A stretch of DNA of 64,000 bases from a virus (lineage: Duplodnaviria; Heunggongvirae; Uroviricota; Caudoviricetes): the IMG/VR virus record IMGVR_UViG_3300031370_000003. The stretch is one strand, 5' to 3'. Below, piece after piece: positions 38,469 to 48,189 of the stretch. The notes beneath the pieces are model-generated. The model made no database searches. It had not been told where the DNA came from and worked only from the letters and a program-made list of their open reading frames with translations. Position numbers and translations under genes: made by a program. Numbering within the stretch: the stretch's first letter is position 1; each line of letters opens with the position of its first letter.

Positions 38469-39599
38469 ATGCGCAGTGATTTTGATTTGGCTAAGGCAGC
38501 AGAGAACTGTTCCGCAGAGACGATCGCGTTTTTGCAGACCGTCATCGAGTCGCCGCTTGACCAGCTGGAAGATTTCAGTGATTCCGACCCGGCATTCAGG
38601 AAAGCATTCATGCTTTTCACTCGGCTATCTTTGTTAGTGACTCGCCGCCGACCCGAGCTTGGCGTCCACTGTATTTTGATACATGTTTTGCCTAAAATTG
38701 GCGATCTTCCTCTGTCCAAAATCACAAAAGTGGTCGTTAACCGGCTGACTAACCCGCTGATCATGGAAGGCAAAATTGTTCAGGGAAAACGTGTCTTTTC
38801 CATAATGAAGCAATTCCTAGCCTGGTGCGTGTTTCAGGGGTATCTGGAGAACTCACCAGTTGGCGACATTCCACTGAACAAAGTTGGTGGCTCAAACCCT
38901 AAGCCCAGGGAGCGCACTCTAACCGACGCTGAAATCTGGGTGTTCTGGCATGTATGGGATTACTTCGAAGTCTGCGAGGTGACGCGCTGGGCTGCCAGAT
39001 TGACGCTTGCTGCTGCTCGACGCCCTGACGAGATACTACGTGCAAAATCCGCTGAGTTTGACCTCACCAATAACATATGGAACCAGGGTCGTCGCAACAA
39101 GTCGAATCGAGACCACCGGTTGCCCATCAGCCCGATTATGAAACTCTGTATCGAACGGCTGCTTGCCGCGGGCGAGGGGAGCGAATGGCTATGCCCATCT
39201 AATAAGAAAGCGGGCCGACCGATGTCTAAGGTGGCCATCAGCCAATCTCTACGCCGAATCCTTGAAACACCTGAAATGCTTGCGCTTGAGCCTTTCACTC
39301 CGCGTGACCTCCGCAGGACTGCAAGAAGCTGCCTGGCAAGCTTGGATGTACCGAGTGACGTATCAAGAAAGGTTTTAAATCAAAGCCTTGAAGGCATAGA
39401 TCGTGTATACGATAGGCACGACTATATAGATCAAATGCAAGAAGCACTGTACAAATACTCAGTATTTTTGTTTAATATAGTCGAAAGCGAGGGGGTGGAG
39501 GATTTGAGCCACAAATACAAAGGCGACCGCCTGGATCTCTCAAACAGTCGCCTTGGGCTTGGTGTCGTTAATTTTCGATTGCGGCAAGTATCTTCTTGA
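38469..39599 (+). CDS. int: tyrosine site-specific recombinase (phage integrase family)
   Basis: C-terminal catalytic region with R (AARRPDEI), H-x-x-R (DHRLPIS), R-x-x-x-R (RDLRRTARS) and the terminal Y (RVYDRHDY). Confidence 0.75.
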   Translation: MRSDFDLAKAAENCSAETIAFLQTVIESPLDQLEDFSDSDPAFRKAFMLFTRLSLLVTRRRPELGVHCILIHVLPKIGDLPLSKITKVVVNRLTNPLIMEGKIVQGKRVFSIMKQFLAWCVFQGYLENSPVGDIPLNKVGGSNPKPRERTLTDAEIWVFWHVWDYFEVCEVTRWAARLTLAAARRPDEILRAKSAEFDLTNNIWNQGRRNKSNRDHRLPISPIMKLCIERLLAAGEGSEWLCPSNKKAGRPMSKVAISQSLRRILETPEMLALEPFTPRDLRRTARSCLASLDVPSDVSRKVLNQSLEGIDRVYDRHDYIDQMQEALYKYSVFLFNIVESEGVEDLSHKYKGDRLDLSNSRLGLGVVNFRLRQVSS

Positions 39600-39948
39600 G
39601 CTTTTCATCTGAAAGAGTGCCGGATGCTTTTGTTTTTTCTCTTAAGGCATTGATTATCTGGCGCTCTTCGTCACTTAGACCAGGGAGGTTTTTCTTTATG
39701 AATTGGTGGATGACCGGGTATCGTTCTTCCAGCACCAGCATCATAAAGCGGGTCTCATCTGTGCTAAGAGCTTCAGCGAGAAGGGATACTTTTTCCAATG
39801 GCATCGGCAGTCGGCCGGTTTTGATATTGGAAAGGTTGTTTGCGTTTTCGTAGCCAATCTCAGATGCGATCTGAGTCTGGGACTTTGGGGAGGTCAAAAT
39901 TAGCCCCTCAATAAACGCTGAAATGCGGTTACCTTTTTTAGCGACCAT
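39568..39948 (-). CDS. XRE-family helix-turn-helix transcriptional regulator (repressor candidate)
   Basis: N-terminal HTH (QTQIASEIGYENANNLSNIKTGRLPMPLEKVSLLAEAL); transcribed divergently from the downstream replication operon; 3' end overlaps integrase 3' end by 32 nt (convergent). Confidence 0.7.
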   Translation of the reverse strand: MVAKKGNRISAFIEGLILTSPKSQTQIASEIGYENANNLSNIKTGRLPMPLEKVSLLAEALSTDETRFMMLVLEERYPVIHQFIKKNLPGLSDEERQIINALREKTKASGTLSDEKLKKILAAIEN

Positions 39949-40203
39949 AATATATTTTTTTCCTGCTTACTTATGCGAAATAATTCTTAATAGAAAGGTG
40001 TCATTTGCACCATTGCCCTGAGTGTATTACCGGCTAGAAAGTAAGTAAAGGGTTATCCCTGCATAACTATAAGTAACCCACTAACTATTCAGAATACGCC
40101 CATATCTCAAGGCGTAATGAGAATTATTTTTGATATAAAACCTTTGATTTTTGTTACATACCGTATAAGATGCCGCCTCATTAAATAAGAACTGTCTCAA
40201 AGG

Positions 40204-40422
40204 TTGTTTATGGATGATCTAATCGCCTCCTTGAAGGCACTTGGCGTAGGTATGATTATCGCCGTTCCTTACCATTTAGTTTCTGACATTATCCTTCGCT
40301 GCAACGGTATTGACATTGACTGCGGAGACGACGCCGTCGCATGTTTTCACATCAGCATTGCGCAAATGAAGTACACCCTTGCCTGCACTGGCGAAACCAA
40401 TCTGGTCACACGTTTTCTTTAA
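40204..40422 (+). CDS. small hypothetical protein (first ORF of rightward operon)
   Basis: 72 aa, RBS AAAGG; in the cro position but no HTH recognised. Confidence 0.3.
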   Translation: MFMDDLIASLKALGVGMIIAVPYHLVSDIILRCNGIDIDCGDDAVACFHISIAQMKYTLACTGETNLVTRFL

Positions 40423-40554
40423 TTCTCTTTAGCCTTTCTTAAAATCCAAACCTTGTTACTAGCCTGCGCGTTAATGGTCTCATTCATTGCGCGCAATGTT
40501 ATTATCACCACTCAGAAAACAAATTGTTTTCATAAACAAGAAATGTAAAAGCAC

Positions 40555-42837
40555 ATGAAAAACAAACAAAAAATTAGAAAAGAGGTTCAGATATTTCTCG
40601 AAAGTATTCGCAAGGTTGTTGTCATGCTCTCCGGTAAAGACATTCCTGTGGCAGAACGTGGAAGCCGCGCATACGTCGAATACAACAAAGATGGGACGCC
40701 TTGCATGGTGAACCTACCTTCTCTGCCAGATGATGCCACTGATGGCCTCATGAACGCGATCCGTGGCTTCCTTGACCATGAAGTCGCCCACCTCCTTTTC
40801 ACCGACTCGAAGCTAGCATTTAAGCTACTCGAAAAGAAAGACAGCCCAGCTTTTCACCTCTGGAACGCTGTTGAAGACACCTTCATTGAACGACGCATGG
40901 GTGAGGTTTTTTCTGGCTCTAAACGCAACCTTGTCAACACGCAACGGCATGTAATTGAAAAACTTTTCGTTCCGAAAGTGGATGATGCACTAAAGGCTTT
41001 ATCACGTAACCCGCGGGATCTCTTTCTAAAGTTCCTGTTAATGCCAGCTTTACGTGCCTGGGCGGGACAAACGCCTTTTATTGAGTTCATGGAGCCGTAT
41101 TGGGCTTATGTTCGCGATCCTGTATCAAAACTAAGTAAAGGTGGTGTGCCGGCTGCTGTGCCAATGTTGATGAGCACCGAAGATTGCATCAAGCTGGCAG
41201 GCCGCATTTCACTGGCTTTAAAGGAAGAAATGGAGAAACCAGAAGGTGAATCTGGACATGGTGATTCGGAAGAAAATGATTCGCCTGGTTATGTAGGTAG
41301 TGAACAACCTACTAAATCAAATGATGAATCTGTTAGTGATAAGCCTGGCAGTGATGATGAGACGCAGGAAGAAGAAGAGCCTGCTCCTGTAAATAATAGT
41401 AATGAAGATAATATAAAAGATAAGGAAGAAGGCTCTGAATCAGATCCTGACTCCAGCAACGCTAATGACTCCCAGCCTAAAGATGGTGACGCTCACGAGG
41501 ATGACGCCCCAGCTACATCAGGTGATGGTGATGGTAAACCAGAAGGTGAAGAGGAATCTGATCAGTCTGAAGGGTTTGGTGGATTTGAGGGCGAGTCGGA
41601 CGACAATGAACCAGATAATGAGCAGCCTGAAAGTGGTTCGGGCGGTGCAGACGATACTGATTCAGCGGCCAACTCAGATGACCAACAAAGCACACCAGGT
41701 GATCTAGAACGTGATGGTCGTCAGGAAGCCACCCAGGGCGATCTAAACGAAGAAGATGGCGGTACTGGTGAAATTCCATTGGACGCAGCGTTTAAGGCGC
41801 TGGAAGGCACTGAGGTGGCTCCAGAGCAAGGCATGGAGGAAGCGCTCAACGAGGTAATGGCCAACGAGCTGAAAGGTGTGCCAAAAGGCTCATATCGCCC
41901 ATATCAACGCTCCTACGACTTTATTGGCCCGATTGATGAAGTTGAGAACCATCTCCGCAAAACTCATAAAGCTTTTGGCCGCATCCATCTTAACCGTGGT
42001 TTAAAGAACTGGCGTATCGACGACGAAGGCACCAGTTTATTTGCCTCGAATGTCGAGCGTCGTCTCGCTGATGGATCGGCCTCGACACTGGCCAAAGACC
42101 TTGAACGTGCCATTGCGAGTCGTAACAAAGTCCAGTTCCTACCTGGTCAACGTCGTGGAAAAGTGCATAGCGCCAATTTGTACCGACTGTCTATGAACGA
42201 TGACCGCGTATTCCGTCGCAAGGAAGACCATAAGGCAGTAAACGCTTGTGTGCAGCAGGTTATCGACTTGTCTGGCTCAATGCAGGGTTCGAAAATTTGT
42301 CTCGCTCTGGCCTGCGCCTACACAATTTCTGACGCGCTCGATCGCATAAATGTACCGAACATCATTACCGGGTTTACAACTGCAGGCTGTGACATCGATG
42401 CAGCAAGGAAGATGGGTCGCGGCTACAACCGCTATGAATCATTGATGCTCCCCACTATCAAGGGTTGGCACGAACGAGCAAACACGCCCACCACACGCAA
42501 ACGCTTAGGCTGCTTGTCAGAGAGATTCCCCCTTGAAGACAACATTGATGGTGAATCAATTATGGCTTTGGCTCAGCACTTTGCTGGCCGCACTGAGGAT
42601 AAGAAAATCATGCTTGTCATGAGTGATGGTGCGCCAGCTGGAATCGGTCATGACTTCAGCGACCATCTTAAAGCTGTGGCGGAGTCAATTGAAGGCAGTG
42701 GTCTTATCGATCTAATGGGTATCGGCATTCTTACGGATGCTCCCAGCCGGTTCTACAAGAACAACGTTGAGGTTAAAAAAGTGGAAGACCTGGGCGCCAC
42801 TGTCGTGAGGAAATTGTCTCAATTGATACTTGGCTAA
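40555..42837 (+). CDS. CobT-like protein: N-terminal helical domain, extreme acidic low-complexity linker, C-terminal von Willebrand factor A domain
   Basis: ~230-aa D/E/S/G-rich region (residues ~235-460); C-terminal VWA with MIDAS-like D-x-S-G-S (VIDLSGSMQG) and downstream T...D motifs; paired with a following AAA+ ATPase as in CobS/CobT. Confidence 0.6.
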   Translation: MKNKQKIRKEVQIFLESIRKVVVMLSGKDIPVAERGSRAYVEYNKDGTPCMVNLPSLPDDATDGLMNAIRGFLDHEVAHLLFTDSKLAFKLLEKKDSPAFHLWNAVEDTFIERRMGEVFSGSKRNLVNTQRHVIEKLFVPKVDDALKALSRNPRDLFLKFLLMPALRAWAGQTPFIEFMEPYWAYVRDPVSKLSKGGVPAAVPMLMSTEDCIKLAGRISLALKEEMEKPEGESGHGDSEENDSPGYVGSEQPTKSNDESVSDKPGSDDETQEEEEPAPVNNSNEDNIKDKEEGSESDPDSSNANDSQPKDGDAHEDDAPATSGDGDGKPEGEEESDQSEGFGGFEGESDDNEPDNEQPESGSGGADDTDSAANSDDQQSTPGDLERDGRQEATQGDLNEEDGGTGEIPLDAAFKALEGTEVAPEQGMEEALNEVMANELKGVPKGSYRPYQRSYDFIGPIDEVENHLRKTHKAFGRIHLNRGLKNWRIDDEGTSLFASNVERRLADGSASTLAKDLERAIASRNKVQFLPGQRRGKVHSANLYRLSMNDDRVFRRKEDHKAVNACVQQVIDLSGSMQGSKICLALACAYTISDALDRINVPNIITGFTTAGCDIDAARKMGRGYNRYESLMLPTIKGWHERANTPTTRKRLGCLSERFPLEDNIDGESIMALAQHFAGRTEDKKIMLVMSDGAPAGIGHDFSDHLKAVAESIEGSGLIDLMGIGILTDAPSRFYKNNVEVKKVEDLGATVVRKLSQLILG

Positions 42838-42934
42838 GTCATGCCGATGAAGATAAGTAGGCAGCTACTTATCTTTTTATCTTAAAATTATTACTATAAG
42901 CACCAGATAAACAAAAACGAGAAAGGAAAAGCAC

Positions 42935-44158
42935 ATGAGCGCCGTCCAAGTCCAAGACACCCCAGCGAAGGAAACCATCACCTGCCATTGGTGTTCTTGC
43001 GAGTTCCACCACCTGAAATCGCATCTGCAGGGCAAATGCACCGGCATTCCTGAAGAGCATAAGAGCAGTACCGTAGAAGACATCATCGCGGCATACACCA
43101 CTCAGTTCCCCGACGCCCCAACGATTTCACCTTTGGCCATTAAGACAATTCAGGCTCGTAAGCAGGAAATTCAAGTTGCTGAGAGCAAAGCACCGACCGT
43201 TAAGGTTGGCTACATCGGCACTGAGGAATACAAGGTGGAGATGGTGGCCGCACACGAGCTGCTTGGCGTGGATCTGAAAAATCTATCCACCGCGCTGAAC
43301 CAGCCCCTCAAGGTATCAGTGAACGTAAACACGCCATTCCCAGAGTTTGTACCGGTGGCCAAAGACAACTACGTATACGGTGACTTTGAGCTTATCAAAG
43401 ATGTTCTGATGATGATGGAGCTGGGCATTCCAGGCTATCTGTGGGGTCATGCAGGCACTGGCAAAACCTCTCTCCCAACTCAGCTTTGCGCCCTGATGAA
43501 TCGACCGGTCATCCGCTCTCAGCACACCGCTTCGACGGAAGAAGCGCATATCTCCGGGCAGATTCTGGCACGAGACGGCTCAACGTATTTCGAGCCAGGC
43601 TTGTTGGCGCTGGCAATGCGTCACGGCTGGGTATATCTGGCAGATGAATACGACTTTGCATTCCCTCAAATTTTGGGCATCTACCAGCCAGTGCTGGAGG
43701 GTGAAGGTCTTGTCATCAAAGAAGCTACCCCAGAGTGGCGCCGCGTTGCACCGCACAAACGTTTTGCTTTCATCGCCACCGGCAACACAAACGGATCGGG
43801 AGACGAAACAGGACTATATCAGGGTACAAACCTGCAGAACGCCGCCAACTTCTCTCGCTTTGGAATTGTCTCGAAAGTTCATTACATGAGCCAGCGCGCC
43901 GAAACCAACATGCTGGTTAAAGCAGGCGCTACAGATGATTTCGCTCAGAAGCTGGTGCGCTTCGCAACTCTTATTCGTGAAGGTTACGAAACCAGCGTGA
44001 TCTCACAACCAATTGGGCCGCGCGAGCTGCTGCTGTCTCTTCAAGTTGGTATTCGTCGCGGTGACATTCCAGCTGGTCTGCAACGCGCATTCATCAACAA
44101 ACTCCCTTCAGCGTCTGCCCAGGCAGCGCGCGAGATTGCGGATCGCATTTTCGTATGA
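42935..44158 (+). CDS. CobS/MoxR-like AAA+ ATPase (AAA_5 type)
   Basis: Walker A GHAGTGKTS, Walker B VYLADEYDF; N-terminal Cys/His cluster CHWCSCEFHHLKSHLQGKC. Confidence 0.65.
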   Translation: MSAVQVQDTPAKETITCHWCSCEFHHLKSHLQGKCTGIPEEHKSSTVEDIIAAYTTQFPDAPTISPLAIKTIQARKQEIQVAESKAPTVKVGYIGTEEYKVEMVAAHELLGVDLKNLSTALNQPLKVSVNVNTPFPEFVPVAKDNYVYGDFELIKDVLMMMELGIPGYLWGHAGTGKTSLPTQLCALMNRPVIRSQHTASTEEAHISGQILARDGSTYFEPGLLALAMRHGWVYLADEYDFAFPQILGIYQPVLEGEGLVIKEATPEWRRVAPHKRFAFIATGNTNGSGDETGLYQGTNLQNAANFSRFGIVSKVHYMSQRAETNMLVKAGATDDFAQKLVRFATLIREGYETSVISQPIGPRELLLSLQVGIRRGDIPAGLQRAFINKLPSASAQAAREIADRIFV

Positions 44159-44358
44159 GCAAAGGCTGCTTTGGCTCACTGATAGCAGCCTCTGAAACTA
44201 ATCCCGTTTGCATGGCATGTTCCAGCAAGCGGGATTGCTTCGTTAAGGCACAAGAGACCGCTATCAAGATTTACGGGAAGTTCGCTGGCTTCCCAAACGA
44301 CAAAATAAAAAAGACAAGTAAGGCAAAAGCACATGAAAGCATTAATGGTACGAACTGA
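44155..44358 (+). CDS. small Cys-rich protein
   Basis: 67 aa with C-x...C-x2-C...C spacing; ATGA overlap with the previous gene. Confidence 0.3.
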   Translation: MSKGCFGSLIAASETNPVCMACSSKRDCFVKAQETAIKIYGKFAGFPNDKIKKTSKAKAHESINGTN

Positions 44359-46690
44359 CTTCTCCCTGGGTGAGTCGTCTTTGAAGGCAGAGCGCGCCGT
44401 AGAGAAAGCCCGCGAAATGGGTTACTCGTCGGTGATCTCCGCTGACAGCATGAATCTGGCATCCGTAATCCCTTTGCAGATGGCGGCTGGTGACGATGTT
44501 GCGGTCATTTGTGGTGTGAAGCTGAACCTGGTTGACGATCCTACATACGAGCACCGTGCTCGACTCGCTAAGGAGTCTAAAGGATGTATGGAATCATTAA
44601 CGCGCGCGCGCAGCTACAGCTTCACGGCGCTCATTAAGAACGAGCAAGGTTATGTCGATCTCTGCGAACTGATGACGCTGGCAAACACACGCGAGCAGTT
44701 TTATCACGTTCCCCGTCTTGAGCTGGCGCAACTGCTGGCGACGTTCGCCAAAGGCAACATCATCCTGCTGACCTCGGACATGGGAAGCGTATTCCAGCGC
44801 CCGGACTTCGCGAAGATTATCGCCCAGCTGGTTCACGCTGGCGGCCGTGAGAACTTTTACTGCGCCGTTTATCCGATTGCTACCCCACTCTATGACCAGC
44901 TGAATAGCAAAGCGCTCAAGGTGGCCAGTGCTCTTAAGATCGAGCCGGTGGCGTTCTACCCTGCTTACTACGAGGCTCCCACTGACGCTGACATCAAAGA
45001 CATCGCGCATATGGTGCTGAACAACATCAAAATCGACCAGCTGCACCGTATGCGAATCCCGTATCAACGTGACAATGGCGTTAATGATCGCCGCCACTTA
45101 CTCCAGCTATTGAAGGAGTTTGCGGTGCGGATGGGTGTCAACGTCACGCCAGCAATGGTCTCAACAACTCAGGACGCGATCATTGATGCGTGTACATGGC
45201 GCTGGCACCCGCTGGAACCCGCTTTACCAACCATGGCAGATGATGAGCCAGCCACATTGCGTAAACTCGCTGTAGAGGGGCTGAGGAAGCGTCTTAGCAC
45301 CAAAGAGTTCGGCTATGCACCACCAGCCACAATGCACCGTGATTATGTTGAGCGCCTGAAGTACGAACTTGATGTTTTAACCCGCCTTGGCTTCTGCGGC
45401 TACTTCCTCATGGTTCACGACTTGATGAATTACGCTCGCCGCGCCGGGATTCCTGTTGGGCCTGGCCGTGGTTCATCCGCTGGCTCTCTTGTCGCCTGGT
45501 GCGTGGGGATCACAAACGTAGACCCTATTCGCCATGGATTGCTGTTCGAACGTTTCATTAACCCTGAACGTCTCGACTTGCCCGATGCTGATCTGGACTT
45601 TAGCCAGGCACGTCGCCACGAGGTCATTGAATACCTGGGTGAGCGTTACGGGGAGGATTACGTCGCTGGCATTCCCAACTTCACATACCTCGGTGCGGCT
45701 TCAGCACTGCGCGACACCGCACGTATCTTTGGCGTGGATTCAGCTGATATGGCGGTATCGAAAGACCTGCGCTTTGTCGATGACGATTCATTGTCACTCG
45801 AAGAGATGCGCGAAGAGCTTTCCAGCCTGGACAAATACGCAGCCAAATACCCGGACGCTTTTAATGCGGCCACCAAACTGCAAAGCCTCATGCGCGGATT
45901 CGGCCGTCACGCAGCTGGCATGATCGTAGCCGGTGTGAAACTGACAGAGCGCACACCGGTCGAGCGACGCGGGGATGCGCGTGTAATCGCTTTTGACAAG
46001 CGTTACTGCGAATCCATGGGATTGATTAAGTTGGACGTGCTCGGCCTTGCTACGCTCGATCTGCTGGCTTATGCGCAGCAATACGTGAAAGAAGCCACGG
46101 GCAGCGTGATTGATCTCGATGCAATTCCACTAACTGACAAAAAGGTTCTTGATGGCTTTGCCGGTGGCCACACCCAAGGCGTGTTCCAGCTTGAATCAGG
46201 TTCGATGCGTAAGCTGCTGAAGGATCTGGGCGGCGGCATTGATCCGATGAGCTTTGAAACAGTTGTCGCCACGACAGCATTATTCCGACCTGGCCCGATC
46301 GAATCTGGAATGTTGGACAGCTACGTTTCGGTGGCCAAAGGCTTCAAAGAGGCTGATTCCATCCACCAGGTGCTCGATGAGCTGACCTCTGAAACCAATG
46401 GGGTAATTCTCTATCAGGAACAAACCATGAAAGCCACGCAGCTGCTGGCCGGCTTCACGCTCGCGGAAGCTGATGGCGTCCGTAAAGCGATCGGTAAAAA
46501 AGACATGGAGAAGATGAAGAAGGTCGGTAGCCAGTTCATTGAGCAAGCCCAGGCTGGCTGGATAGAGGTGAAGCTGGAAGACGGAAGCACTCGCCAGTTC
46601 CACCGCGCGGAGCACTTCAAATGTGCCGATGGCAAGCAGCGAACCATCGAAGAAGCAATGCACGATGGCGCCGACGTTCTGGGCATCTAA
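44333..46690 (+). CDS. DNA polymerase III alpha subunit, N-terminal part (PHP domain, palm, fingers)
   Basis: Hallmark motif GRGSSAGSLVAWCVGITNVDPI; PHP-like N-terminus; ends just upstream of the conserved FNKSH region. Confidence 0.85.
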   Translation: MKALMVRTDFSLGESSLKAERAVEKAREMGYSSVISADSMNLASVIPLQMAAGDDVAVICGVKLNLVDDPTYEHRARLAKESKGCMESLTRARSYSFTALIKNEQGYVDLCELMTLANTREQFYHVPRLELAQLLATFAKGNIILLTSDMGSVFQRPDFAKIIAQLVHAGGRENFYCAVYPIATPLYDQLNSKALKVASALKIEPVAFYPAYYEAPTDADIKDIAHMVLNNIKIDQLHRMRIPYQRDNGVNDRRHLLQLLKEFAVRMGVNVTPAMVSTTQDAIIDACTWRWHPLEPALPTMADDEPATLRKLAVEGLRKRLSTKEFGYAPPATMHRDYVERLKYELDVLTRLGFCGYFLMVHDLMNYARRAGIPVGPGRGSSAGSLVAWCVGITNVDPIRHGLLFERFINPERLDLPDADLDFSQARRHEVIEYLGERYGEDYVAGIPNFTYLGAASALRDTARIFGVDSADMAVSKDLRFVDDDSLSLEEMREELSSLDKYAAKYPDAFNAATKLQSLMRGFGRHAAGMIVAGVKLTERTPVERRGDARVIAFDKRYCESMGLIKLDVLGLATLDLLAYAQQYVKEATGSVIDLDAIPLTDKKVLDGFAGGHTQGVFQLESGSMRKLLKDLGGGIDPMSFETVVATTALFRPGPIESGMLDSYVSVAKGFKEADSIHQVLDELTSETNGVILYQEQTMKATQLLAGFTLAEADGVRKAIGKKDMEKMKKVGSQFIEQAQAGWIEVKLEDGSTRQFHRAEHFKCADGKQRTIEEAMHDGADVLGI

Positions 46691-46762
46691 CCGTTTAACG
46701 CAGCTTGGATGCCGTGTCCGAGCTGCGAAAATTAATACATGGATTGTGATTAAGAGGCACCA

Positions 46763-47932
46763 ATGAAAATTTTAGAGACGATCTCCACGAAGCCCGGACT
46801 AAGTGATAGTAAAGCAAAAGAGATCTGGGAAGCGTTTGAGAAAAACGGGGCGTACCAGTTCAACAAATCTCACTCAGTGGCGTACTCGCTGATTAGCTAT
46901 CAGTCGATGTTCATGAAGACGCACTACCCTGCCCAATTCTTCGCAGCAGCGCTGACTATTTTGGGTGATGACAAGCATCAGGGGCTGGTCAAAGACGCGC
47001 TGAGCTTTGGCATTCGCATCTTGCCACCAGATGTAAACATCTCGACCAACCGCATTGAGATCCGTCAGATGGAAGATGGTACGCAAGTGCTGTATGCGCC
47101 CTTCTCAGCTGTTAAAGGATGCTCAGAGAATGGATGCCAGGCGATCATGCGCGCCCGGGCGAAAGTGGGAGGTCATTTCACCGACATCATGCAGTTTGAA
47201 GAGGCGGTTGAGAAGCGCGCCTGCAACAGCCGTGTACGTGACTCTCTCGATCGTGTCGGCGCATTTGCCAGCATCATTCCCGGCAGCGTACCAGCTACCT
47301 CAGAAGAACGTCGCCGCGACCAGGCGGAGCTGATGGGTAATCTGGTGATCGATGCGGTAAAAGCAACACGCCAGTTTGAAATGAACCCGAAACGCCAGGC
47401 TGAAGTAAACGTGCTGATGACCAATATGGCCGCTGAAATGGGGCTGGGTGATGAGCTTATTCGTCCGAGCATCGGCATCAAGCCGCGTCTGATGATCATC
47501 CTCGACAACGCCAACGGTAACGATGGCAAAACCGGTTACTTCATGGAGAACGGTTACGACGACTTCAAGACTAAGTTGCTGGTTGCCGGTGATCTGAAGA
47601 TGGGCGATCTGTACGTGACCGGCGTCTGCAAGAAGGTGAAGGATAAGGAAAAGGACTACACCAAAGACGAGTTAGGCCAGTTTAACGAGTTCATCAAAGC
47701 AGAGGTGGCTCTGGTGCGACCAACGTACATCCTTACGTGCGGTGCTAAGTCCACCAGCCTGTTTAACAACAAATCAAAGCCATCGGATCTTGTTGGCCGC
47801 AAAGAGTATCTGCCGGAGCTGGATGTCACGGTCTTTTATGGCTTCAACCCTAACATCCTCCACTTCCGCCCGGAAGAAGGTGAAAAGTTGGAGCTAATCC
47901 TCGCTGACGTTGCCGAGGCAGTTAATTCGTGA
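46763..47932 (+). CDS. DNA polymerase III alpha subunit, C-terminal part (separate ORF)
   Basis: Begins just before the conserved FNKSHSVAYSLISYQSMFMKTHYPAQFFAAAL segment; own RBS AAGAGG 5 nt before ATG; same reading frame as the N-terminal part. Confidence 0.8.
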   Translation: MKILETISTKPGLSDSKAKEIWEAFEKNGAYQFNKSHSVAYSLISYQSMFMKTHYPAQFFAAALTILGDDKHQGLVKDALSFGIRILPPDVNISTNRIEIRQMEDGTQVLYAPFSAVKGCSENGCQAIMRARAKVGGHFTDIMQFEEAVEKRACNSRVRDSLDRVGAFASIIPGSVPATSEERRRDQAELMGNLVIDAVKATRQFEMNPKRQAEVNVLMTNMAAEMGLGDELIRPSIGIKPRLMIILDNANGNDGKTGYFMENGYDDFKTKLLVAGDLKMGDLYVTGVCKKVKDKEKDYTKDELGQFNEFIKAEVALVRPTYILTCGAKSTSLFNNKSKPSDLVGRKEYLPELDVTVFYGFNPNILHFRPEEGEKLELILADVAEAVNS

Positions 47933-48189
47933 GCAAGCCTCACATCCTCTATAGGGCAGACTTGCGCTGCCCTAACTGCAAATCAGCCCCTGAAGTCATT
48001 CGAATGACCGATGAAAATGCCGAGCAATTTTGGTGGGAAGAGGACGGCACGACATATCCCGTGTTATTGCGCCATACAGAGCTGGCAGCACGTCATTGCC
48101 CATTCAGGACTGAGATCTACCACCTGACTCTCCCGCTGGCTATTGGCGTTTGGAAAGAAGAAATTAAAAACAGGAAGCAACGAAAATGA
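47929..48189 (+). CDS. small hypothetical protein
   Basis: 86-aa ORF, GTGA overlap with the polymerase gene. Confidence 0.3.
   Translation: MSKPHILYRADLRCPNCKSAPEVIRMTDENAEQFWWEEDGTTYPVLLRHTELAARHCPFRTEIYHLTLPLAIGVWKEEIKNRKQRK

Noticed and set aside
42852-42873. Palindrome GATAAGTAGgcagCTACTTATC counted as operator
   Set aside because: It is immediately followed by TTTTTAT and sits right after the CobT-like stop, so at this site it is most simply the operon-internal terminator/attenuator. Kept in the motif family only as a sequence relative
46691-46762. Split intein at the PolIII-alpha break
   Set aside because: Extra sequence at the break is only ~35 aa plus ~12 aa. It lacks a Cys/Ser first residue of an N-intein and a terminal HN plus Cys/Ser/Thr of a C-intein. 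The two halves are separated by in-frame stops rather than being on separate loci
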